DNA from: a virus | Virus record (IMG/VR): IMGVR_UViG_3300037851_000553 | Span: 1-64,000 of that record | DNA: 64,000 bases | Direction: 5' to 3' (one strand) | In this document: in pieces, positions 9,647 to 17,111 of the stretch | Layout of the letters: every line of letters starts with the position of its first letter | Numbering within the stretch: the stretch's first letter is position 1 | Made by a program: the position numbers and the translations under genes | The notes under the pieces: model-generated | The model's input: only the letters and a program-made list of their open reading frames with translations | Database searches by the model: none | What the model was told of the DNA's origin: nothing

Positions 9647-10088
9647 TAGATTACAGGAATTTTTAGACAAGATAGATAATTATATTTCTTGTCAAAATAT
9701 TTCGTCTCCACGATTTAACGAAGAATTTGCTGTTGCAGAAACTTTTGATACAGAAACGCTATCATTATTGACGCAAGATGAATGTTTTAATTACGCATAC
9801 ATGCTGTATCAATATGCAGACCATGTAGCTAGCGAACGATCAAAACAAGAAAATGTGGTCAGATGGTGTGAATCTAGCTTAAATAGTATTCTAGCACAGG
9901 AAATGGACAATCAAGAAATTGCAAAATACGAAATTAAAGTCGCAAGAGTCTTGTTTGAGAACGAATTGGCAAAAAAAATAGACGAATGGAAAAAACATGC
10001 AGAGTCTAGGCTTGCAAAATTGGTGAGTCGAGAATATAATATACGTAGGAAGGCCGATATACTAATAGAAAAGGGGAAACGTAAATGA
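9585..10088 (+). CDS. hypothetical coiled-coil protein
   Basis: 167 aa ORF. Start is uncertain: it overlaps the upstream gene by 62 nt, and an in-frame TTG lies at 9630. Confidence 0.4.
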   Translation: MFLDLIRPKIFGENKLSIAADRLQEFLDKIDNYISCQNISSPRFNEEFAVAETFDTETLSLLTQDECFNYAYMLYQYADHVASERSKQENVVRWCESSLNSILAQEMDNQEIAKYEIKVARVLFENELAKKIDEWKKHAESRLAKLVSREYNIRRKADILIEKGKRK

Positions 10089-10501
10089 ACGATAGCGACC
10101 CGGTAAAAATATTGCTTGAATCTTTGACACCAGAACAAAGACAGCAACTTATCCGTGGGCTTATGGCTTCTAACGCACCCAAGGGCCTGACCAGTGAAGA
10201 AAAAATTCTTAATGAAGAAAAGGTGATTGTAAATGAAGATTTTACGGTTAGTCGTGTTAATGAACCTACAAATAGGAAGGTACCAGTGAGGGCTAAAAAG
10301 AATCGTTGGGTAGATGAGGGTTTTGATCGTGATCCAGATTTTGATCCGGTAAAATTTGAAAAGATGGGCCGCACCGCAAGGTCTAGATCTAAACCAGAAA
10401 AGGTAGATGTGACTTGTCATATCTGCGGTCGCTCGTTTAACATGAATCCAAATCTAATCTATGGTGAAAATATTAGATGTAATCGTTGTACGGGGCGATA
10501 A
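10085..10501 (+). CDS. hypothetical protein with C-terminal zinc ribbon
   Basis: C-terminal CHICG...CNRCTG. Directly upstream of dnaB. Confidence 0.45.
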   Translation: MNDSDPVKILLESLTPEQRQQLIRGLMASNAPKGLTSEEKILNEEKVIVNEDFTVSRVNEPTNRKVPVRAKKNRWVDEGFDRDPDFDPVKFEKMGRTARSRSKPEKVDVTCHICGRSFNMNPNLIYGENIRCNRCTGR

Positions 10502-10504
10502 ACC

Positions 10505-11962
10505 GTGGACAAACTTTGTGATCTTGGTTCAGAAAGAGCTGTTCTAGCAGGTCTTTTCAATCATGGATTTGATGCCTATGTTGAAATAAACGACCTAATC
10601 ACTCACAACAGCTTTGTACACCAAAACAATCAGATTCTATACAAGTGTATAGAAAAGATACTTCAAGGTGGTGCTACTATAGACCTAGCGTCTATATTAT
10701 CTGCTGCTAATCAACTTAATTTTTCTAATGTTATAAACACAGAGCAAGAATTAGAATACATTCGTTCTTTGATGGATTTTCCCGTCAAACAGGACAACGT
10801 ACCGTTTTTTGCTGCACAAATCAGAAAACTTGAGTTTGCAAGAAACGCAAAAAAAATAGCGAAAAGAATCGAACATAATATTGATGAAATCAATGGTGAT
10901 GAATCCATTGATGATATCATTAGTATGATTGAAACCCCGCTCATTGATTTTTTGCGTGACGATAATACTGGTCAAAAACCCGAACAGTTGGGAGACGACA
11001 TTGAGAACTATTTAGAGTTCTTGATAGAAAATAAATGTGATCAGATTGGATTGTCAACGGGTTTTCCAAGGTTTGACGCGGTTATTGGTGGTGGATTACG
11101 CCGCAAGTGTGTTGATCTTGTGTCTGCACGCCCAGGCGTTGGTAAATCTGTTTTTGCTGATAACGTAGCTTTACACAACGCACGCAAGGGTATTCCAGTA
11201 TTAATGTTGGATACTGAAATGTCAAAAGAAGATCATTTAAACCGTTTGCTTGCACACATTAGCGGAGTGCCCATTCAAGAAATCGCCACGGGTAAGTTTA
11301 CAAACGATCCAGAAAAATTAATTGCTGTGCGTGAGGCTGTTAAAGAAATAAAAAAACTGCCTTATACTTATGTTAGTGTTGCGGGTGCCCCATTTGAAAC
11401 AATTATCAACACCATCAAGCGGTGGATTCTACGCGAAGTTGGGCAAGACGAAAATGGTAAAACCAAAGACTGTCTGGTTATTTACGATTATTTGAAACTC
11501 ATGTCATCTTCTGGCATTACAAACAATCTTCAAGAATATCAGGCTCTTGGATTTCAAATTACAGATTTGCACAACTTGGCTGTCAAATACGATTTTGCTT
11601 GTTTATCATTTGTACAATTAAACCGTGACGGCATCACCAAAGAATCAACCGACACAGTAAGCGGTTCGGATCGTCTTATTTGGTTGTGTACTTCATTTTC
11701 TCAGTTTAAGGTAAAATCTCAAGAAGAAGTTGCTGAGGATGGTCCTCATGGTGGTAATCGTAAAATTGTGACACTAAAAGCACGCCACGGTGCAGGAATG
11801 ATGGAAGGAAATTATATCAACCTAAATATGGTTGGATCGCACGCACAGCTTTTTGAACTTGGAACTAGGGATGAATTACGCAATCAGCCACAAGGAATCA
11901 TTGAGGGTGCAGACGCACCGTTTGAAGAAGATGGTTATGAATGTCCGTTTGATCCAAACTAA
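10505..11962 (+). CDS. dnaB: DnaB-type replicative helicase
   Basis: GTG start. N-terminal SERAVLAGL, Walker A ARPGVGKSV, MLDTEMS, VQLNRD. Confidence 0.92.
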   Translation: MDKLCDLGSERAVLAGLFNHGFDAYVEINDLITHNSFVHQNNQILYKCIEKILQGGATIDLASILSAANQLNFSNVINTEQELEYIRSLMDFPVKQDNVPFFAAQIRKLEFARNAKKIAKRIEHNIDEINGDESIDDIISMIETPLIDFLRDDNTGQKPEQLGDDIENYLEFLIENKCDQIGLSTGFPRFDAVIGGGLRRKCVDLVSARPGVGKSVFADNVALHNARKGIPVLMLDTEMSKEDHLNRLLAHISGVPIQEIATGKFTNDPEKLIAVREAVKEIKKLPYTYVSVAGAPFETIINTIKRWILREVGQDENGKTKDCLVIYDYLKLMSSSGITNNLQEYQALGFQITDLHNLAVKYDFACLSFVQLNRDGITKESTDTVSGSDRLIWLCTSFSQFKVKSQEEVAEDGPHGGNRKIVTLKARHGAGMMEGNYINLNMVGSHAQLFELGTRDELRNQPQGIIEGADAPFEEDGYECPFDPN

Positions 11963-11977
11963 GAGGATGAACAAACA

Positions 11978-12151
11978 GTGGCAATCTTTGCAATCTCAGC
12001 AGCAACGTTTCTTTATATTTTGTGTGCAATTGATAATTTTAAAAAGGGCGATTATCCACATTCACTGACTTGGTTTGCATATTCATTAGCAAATTTAGGA
12101 TTACTTTGGTATGAATACGAAAAGTATTTCCAAAACAACGCCGATACATAA
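11978..12151 (+). CDS. unlisted small two-TM protein (GTG start)
   Basis: 57 codons, VAIFAISAATFLYILCAIDNFKKGDYPHSLTWFAYSLANLGLLWYEYEKYFQNNADT. AAGAGGA lies 10-11 nt upstream. Fills the dnaB-primase gap and overlaps the primase start by 41 nt. Confidence 0.35.
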   Translation: MAIFAISAATFLYILCAIDNFKKGDYPHSLTWFAYSLANLGLLWYEYEKYFQNNADT

Positions 12152-13145
12152 ATTAGATCTAAACAAAGTAAAGGATATTATATTTCAAGATATTTATAGA
12201 CTTTTAGACAGTTTTAGTTTGGAATATCGGCAAGACGGGGATAATATATTTATGTGTTGCCCAGTTCATTCTGGTAGTGACAACCCCACAGGATGTTCCA
12301 TTTCTAACAAGTTAAAACTGTGGAAATGTTGGACTCATAGTTGTCACGAACATTATGGGTCCGACATTTTTGGTTTTATAAAAGGGGTATTGGATACTAG
12401 CTCTTTTTCAGAAGTTTTGAGCTATATATCTAAAATATACAAACTAAAAGAAGCGGAAGGGCACACAAAACAAGACAATGTTATTGAGAATGATTTACAA
12501 AAAATTCTAAAACACTTTCGTGAACGCAGCGACGAGCCTTTTCGGTGTGATTTTTGCGAGGTTAATACGTGTGGTAGTTCTCCGTATTTTGAAAGTCGTG
12601 GCTTTAAACCAGAAACATTAAGACTGTTTGGTGTGGAAGATTGTAACGACAAAAACTCACCAATGAAGTTAAGGTCAATTATTCCTATTTATTTTCAAGA
12701 CAAACAAGTTGGATATATTGCTAGAGCAACAAAACCGTGGTTAAATCCTAAATATTTATTTTCTGACGGCTTTCGTAAGACAGATTATTTTTATAATTGG
12801 GATAAAGCAATAGAGCACTCGGTCTCTAAAAGAACAATGTTTTTAGTTGAGGGCCAGGGCGATGTTTGGAGAATGTATGAAGCAGGAGTAAAAAATTGTG
12901 TTGGTCTGTTTGGAAAAAGCATATCAGAACGGCAAAAAAGAATGCTATTAACAAACGAAATTACTAATCTTGTAATTTTAACAGATAATGATTCGGCTGG
13001 AAGGGAAGCTAAAACTAAAATCAAACGAGAATTCAACCGTTTGTTTAGACTAATTTTTCCACCAATGCACTCAAAAGACTTAGGAAACTTAACCGTTGAA
13101 AAGTTACAATCAGATATACTTTTAGGATTGAAGGATTTATATTAA
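12111..13145 (+). CDS. dnaG: DnaG-type primase (zinc finger plus TOPRIM)
   Basis: CCPVHSGSDNPTGCS...CWTHSC zinc finger. TOPRIM LVEGQGDVW and LTDNDSAGREA. Confidence 0.88.
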   Translation: MNTKSISKTTPIHKLDLNKVKDIIFQDIYRLLDSFSLEYRQDGDNIFMCCPVHSGSDNPTGCSISNKLKLWKCWTHSCHEHYGSDIFGFIKGVLDTSSFSEVLSYISKIYKLKEAEGHTKQDNVIENDLQKILKHFRERSDEPFRCDFCEVNTCGSSPYFESRGFKPETLRLFGVEDCNDKNSPMKLRSIIPIYFQDKQVGYIARATKPWLNPKYLFSDGFRKTDYFYNWDKAIEHSVSKRTMFLVEGQGDVWRMYEAGVKNCVGLFGKSISERQKRMLLTNEITNLVILTDNDSAGREAKTKIKREFNRLFRLIFPPMHSKDLGNLTVEKLQSDILLGLKDLY

Positions 13146-13146
13146 T

Positions 13147-13968
13147 ATGAAAATTATTGGAATTTCTGGAAAAAAACAGGCTGGAAAAAATACAGCGGCG
13201 AACATTCTTCACGGCCTTGTTCTGACACGATACGGTTTGATTAAAGATTGGGCTGTTGGATATTCTGGAGAACTTCTTGTTCTTACTAATAATCGCGACG
13301 GAAAAATGGGGTGGGGCGAATTAGACGTATCACGCAAAGACAAAGAATTTATAGAATATGCGGAAGTTAACATGTGGCCTTTTGTAAAGCTATATAACTT
13401 TGCTGATACGCTTAAGTGGATGTGTACCGAACTGTTCGAAATTCCACACGAATGTATTTGGGGAACAGACGAACAAAAGAATCGCTTGATGCCTCATTTA
13501 CTTTGGGAAAATATGCCAGGAGTAACAACAGAAAAAACCCCACAAGACCCAGTAAATGAAGTTGTTGCTGGTCGGCTTGGAAAATATTACGAAAAGGTTC
13601 TAAGCGGTATTGTATATCACGAACCAGGACCAATGACCGCCCGACAGTTTATGCAATTTTTGGGCACAGAAATTGGACGCAAAATGTATGCTTCTATTTG
13701 GGTAAATGCCACCATCAAAAAAATCAAACGAGAACAGTCCGAACTTGCAATTATTGCAGACGTTCGTTTTCCAAACGAGGCTAAAGCTATTGAAGATGCT
13801 GATGGAATGCTACTAAGACTTACAAGAAACGTTTTTGATGACAAGCATGACAGTGAAACAAGTCTAGATAATTATTGTTTTCAACACGTTATAGATAATG
13901 ACAAATATAACATATTTACGTATGCTCACAAAATAACGCAATTTTATGACACACACATTGGAAAATAG
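13147..13968 (+). CDS. deoxynucleoside monophosphate kinase-like P-loop protein
   Basis: P-loop GISGKKQAGKNT and ADVRFPNEA, as in T4 gp1-like dNMP kinases (from memory). Carries a long central insertion. Confidence 0.65.
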   Translation: MKIIGISGKKQAGKNTAANILHGLVLTRYGLIKDWAVGYSGELLVLTNNRDGKMGWGELDVSRKDKEFIEYAEVNMWPFVKLYNFADTLKWMCTELFEIPHECIWGTDEQKNRLMPHLLWENMPGVTTEKTPQDPVNEVVAGRLGKYYEKVLSGIVYHEPGPMTARQFMQFLGTEIGRKMYASIWVNATIKKIKREQSELAIIADVRFPNEAKAIEDADGMLLRLTRNVFDDKHDSETSLDNYCFQHVIDNDKYNIFTYAHKITQFYDTHIGK

Positions 13969-13982
13969 AACGGGGCATTGTT

Positions 13983-15023
13983 TTGATAGTTACATACATG
14001 CGTAGCTCAAGTTATAATAATTATGATTACTGTCAAATGCAGTATTTTATAACATATAATTTGGGCTGGTCTCCAGACAGCAACAAAAGAGCAGATCTTG
14101 GCACCATGGCTCATAAGGTTATGGAGACAATGGCCAAGTTTAAAAAATTTCATCAAGACAACCCTAGAAAGAAATATTTAGAGATAGAAGATGATGCTCT
14201 TGGTAAAATAAAAGTAGATAAAAACAGACTGTTGACCAAAGAGTTTTTGCACGAAATTGCTGATCTGAGTTTTGATAAATATAGACTACAATTTACCAAA
14301 CACAGATGGAGCAACAACGATAGAAAAGAAGTCAAACAGATAGTAGATATTTTTATAAATTGGAATCATGGTCAATTTGATCCAAGATTTCGTCATATTC
14401 ATCATGCAGAACCGCATTTTGACATTCCAATCGAAGAGGATTGGGCTAAGTTTGAATATGAAATAAATGGTAAAACGGTTGTTGGTCAATTAGCAATCAA
14501 GGGAACCATTGACCTTGTTACACTTGTTAATGATGACACAATCGAGGTTATTGACTGGAAAACCGGCAGACGTAAGAATTGGACAACTGGCGAAGAAAAG
14601 GACTTTAAAAAGCTGAACAATGATCCACAACTTTTGCTTTATTTCTATGCAATCTCTAAACTTTACCCAGATTATCCAAATCGCGTTATGAGCATATTTT
14701 TCTGTAAGAATCCTGACGGTGAATATGATCCAAAACCCTTTAGTTTGTGTTTTGACAAAAGCGATGAAGAAAAATTTTTGGTTATGCTAAGAAAAAGATT
14801 TGAAGAAATTAAAGCCAACAATTTTCCAAAACCGCTAGATTCAACTCGCAAAAACTTTAAATGCCAAAAAATGTGTCATTTTTGTAAAAATAACTGGAAG
14901 GATACAGACGAGAACATGTGTATATTTATAGAGAAGCATATTAAACAGCATGGCATAGAAGAAACAATAAAAAGGTGTACAAAGCCAGGGTTTGATATTG
15001 GCTTTTATGAATCGCCAGGATAA
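13983..15023 (+). CDS. PD-(D/E)XK nuclease, Cas4/RecB-like with Cys cluster
   Basis: GTIDLV...IEVIDWKTG, QLLLYFYA. One N-terminal Cys (YDYCQ) plus C-terminal CQKMCHFC, typical of Fe-S Cas4-like nucleases. TTG start. Confidence 0.75.
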   Translation: MIVTYMRSSSYNNYDYCQMQYFITYNLGWSPDSNKRADLGTMAHKVMETMAKFKKFHQDNPRKKYLEIEDDALGKIKVDKNRLLTKEFLHEIADLSFDKYRLQFTKHRWSNNDRKEVKQIVDIFINWNHGQFDPRFRHIHHAEPHFDIPIEEDWAKFEYEINGKTVVGQLAIKGTIDLVTLVNDDTIEVIDWKTGRRKNWTTGEEKDFKKLNNDPQLLLYFYAISKLYPDYPNRVMSIFFCKNPDGEYDPKPFSLCFDKSDEEKFLVMLRKRFEEIKANNFPKPLDSTRKNFKCQKMCHFCKNNWKDTDENMCIFIEKHIKQHGIEETIKRCTKPGFDIGFYESPG

Positions 15024-15033
15024 ATTTTTTGGT

Positions 15034-15050
15034 CAGCAAACAGTTTGCTG
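15034..15050 (+). terminator. weak hairpin after the nuclease gene
   Basis: CAGCAAA-cag-TTTGCTG: 7 bp stem, 3 nt loop, no adjacent T-run. Confidence 0.2.
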
Positions 15051-15083
15051 CATAGAATTACTTTTTTCACAGGTAGGTAAAAC

Positions 15084-16229
15084 ATGAGAAGCAGAAAGTT
15101 GGCCCTGGAAAGGGTAGAAGAACGGAATCTTATGGCAGGAGACGTATTTGTTAGCGATGGAACGCTATTTGTAGACGGTACGAACGGAAACGATTTCGTT
15201 CAAGTAGATCAAGTCGGGGGTACAAACACCGTAAGTGTTAACCTTAATGGCGAAAAATCTACATTTGATGGTGTTAGCAACATTTCAGTTACTGTTGGCA
15301 ATGGAGACGACAAAGTTTCAATCAATACTTTTGATGATCCAAACTTTTTGATTTCTTCAAGAGTTTTTGGTGGAAATGGTGACGATGTTCTACAAGGTGG
15401 TGGCGGAAGCGACTATCTTAACGGTGGCAACGGTGACGATATTGTTTCAAACTTTGTCACAGATGAAAATTATGCTCCGGTTGGCCGTGGTAGCAAAGAC
15501 GTTCTCATTGGAGGCAATGGTGACGACTCTTTGTGGGGCGGTTGGGGTCTACAAGATACAATCTTGGGTGGCCGTGGTAACGACACCATCTACGATATTG
15601 TTGGTGGAACAAATTTGATTGACGGAGAAGATGGCGATGATTTCATCATTGCTCGCGACGGTGCTGGTTTGCCAACAGACCCCCTAAATAATCCTGGGGG
15701 ATTGGTTTCTGACAATGTAGTTTTAAACAAGAGAGATTCTAGTGTTGTATTGTTTGATGCCGCAACACAAGCTGGTGGTCAACCGGTGTTGATTGGCAAT
15801 ACTCTATATGTTTTGAATCTTGACGGTGGAGACATTGCTGTAAATCAAGTCGGCAACAAGGTTGTTGTAACCTATGACGGTCAAGATTTTTCGTTTGACG
15901 CAGACGGTATCACGGCTGTTGCCGGTATCGGCGGTGCCACAAATGATTCGTTCGTAAACAACACAAACATCAAGTCTGTATTTTATGGGCAGGGTGGAAG
16001 CGATGTTTTGTTGGGCGGCTCGAATGATGACGTTTTGAAGGGCGGAAACGGCGATGACTACCTAGACGGTCGCGATGGAAAGGATGACATTACCGGTGAT
16101 GCTGGTTCGGATCTTCTTGTAGCTGCTGATGGCCTGAGCGATATCGTTCGCGTTGATGATTTGGACAGATTTTTTGTAGATTTGTCTTTGGATCGACTTG
16201 TGGTTAAGAGAAATTTGGCTTTTAGCTGA
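15084..16229 (+). CDS. RTX / hemolysin-type calcium-binding repeat protein
   Basis: Many GGxGxD units, for example GGNGDDVLQGGGGSDYLNGGNGDDIV, GGNGDDSLWGG, GGRGNDTIYD and GGSNDDVLKGGNGDDYLDGRDGKDDITGDAGSD. N-terminus is RKLALERVEERNLMAG. Confidence 0.85.
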   Translation: MRSRKLALERVEERNLMAGDVFVSDGTLFVDGTNGNDFVQVDQVGGTNTVSVNLNGEKSTFDGVSNISVTVGNGDDKVSINTFDDPNFLISSRVFGGNGDDVLQGGGGSDYLNGGNGDDIVSNFVTDENYAPVGRGSKDVLIGGNGDDSLWGGWGLQDTILGGRGNDTIYDIVGGTNLIDGEDGDDFIIARDGAGLPTDPLNNPGGLVSDNVVLNKRDSSVVLFDAATQAGGQPVLIGNTLYVLNLDGGDIAVNQVGNKVVVTYDGQDFSFDADGITAVAGIGGATNDSFVNNTNIKSVFYGQGGSDVLLGGSNDDVLKGGNGDDYLDGRDGKDDITGDAGSDLLVAADGLSDIVRVDDLDRFFVDLSLDRLVVKRNLAFS

Positions 16230-16248
16230 AATTACACCAAGCAAGTTT

Positions 16249-16275
16249 GCCGGTTCTTGTTAAAAACCGGCTTTT
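16249..16275 (+). terminator. rho-independent terminator
   Basis: GCCGGTT / AACCGGC stem followed by TTTT (16272-16275). Confidence 0.65.
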
Positions 16276-16299
16276 AATTCTACTTCTAGAGAGGCTACA

Positions 16300-16608
16300 A
16301 TGAGAAATTTATTGTTTGTTACTTTTTTGCTTTGTGCCATTTTATTTTCACAAGACGCGTTTGCTCAACAACGTCAAAATAATAACCAAAACAAGTTTAG
16401 GCCGTGGGTATTTAATTATCCCGCCGTTTATTATCAACCTCAAATTGTTTGGCTGCCACGGGGTCTTAGTTTGGATGTATACAACCCCCGCGTTTATACC
16501 TATCGCGGCCAAAGATACATTCAGTTTGGCATAAATTCTGGGTTTTACAACATTCCAAGGGTTGATACTTTCAATTTTTATAACGGTGAATACAGAAGGG
16601 GACGATAA
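16300..16608 (+). CDS. small secreted protein (signal peptide)
   Basis: MRNLLFVTFLLCAILFSQDAFA-QQ looks like a Sec signal with an AxA cleavage site. The mature part is rich in Y, N, R and Q. Confidence 0.5.
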   Translation: MRNLLFVTFLLCAILFSQDAFAQQRQNNNQNKFRPWVFNYPAVYYQPQIVWLPRGLSLDVYNPRVYTYRGQRYIQFGINSGFYNIPRVDTFNFYNGEYRRGR

Positions 16609-17102
16609 TGCCAATTCCATCAAGAAGAAGTGATGAGAAACCAAAGGATTTCATGTCTAGGTGCATGGGCGATCCAGTAATGAACAAGGAATACCCAGAT
16701 CAATCGCAAAGATCCGCCGTCTGCACGAGCAAGGCTTGTGAGGGCTTAACACACATTGAAAGCATGGATTTTCAGATAAAAGCTCCTGACTCTTACGAAG
16801 AGGGTCAAATGCAAAGAGAGCAATTAAACAAAATGCACGATCAGCTTATGGAAATAGTTGAATATATGGAGGGTGTTGTTTTTCAAGACTGGACAAAAGA
16901 CATGATTTCCAAGGCTGAAATTTATATTCAAAATATATACGACTTTGTAGAAGCAAACAGTCTAGAAGAATCAGAAGAAGAAGAATCTGAGGGTAAAAAG
17001 GGGTTTAAGTATAAAGACCCAATTACAAACGAAATCTTTCAATTTGACAGAAAGGGGCTTTATAAGAAAAACGGAAGAACACTTGTCCCGTTCGAAGATT
17101 AA
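16608..17102 (+). CDS. hypothetical acidic protein
   Basis: 164 aa. N-terminal DFMSRCMGDPVMNKEYPDQSQRSAVC motif. Acidic run EESEEEESE. Confidence 0.5.
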   Translation: MPIPSRRSDEKPKDFMSRCMGDPVMNKEYPDQSQRSAVCTSKACEGLTHIESMDFQIKAPDSYEEGQMQREQLNKMHDQLMEIVEYMEGVVFQDWTKDMISKAEIYIQNIYDFVEANSLEESEEEESEGKKGFKYKDPITNEIFQFDRKGLYKKNGRTLVPFED

Positions 17103-17111
17103 AATCTAATT

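Noticed and set aside
9911-10420. Long antisense or alternative-frame ORFs inside confident genes, for example 9911-10420(-), 10006-10374(-), 26360-26740(-), 29055-29411(-), 35003-35359(-), 49636-50025(-), 52627-53019(+), 58280-58789(+) and 62917-63306(+)
   Set aside because: They lie entirely within ORFs that have recognisable motifs or are very long and uninterrupted. Their translations are low-complexity (rich in F, L, S, I). They lack RBS-like sequences. They are typical shadow ORFs of AT-rich DNA.
11832-12068. 78 aa ORF spanning the dnaB end and the dnaB-primase gap
   Set aside because: Its first 130 nt overlap dnaB out of frame, and the remainder is Gln-rich and low-complexity. The GTG-initiated two-TM frame (11978-12151) explains the gap better.
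15367-15618. 83 aa same-strand, alternative-frame ORF inside the RTX gene
   Set aside because: It is a by-product of the GGxGxD codon periodicity (ggt gac gat), which keeps another frame open.
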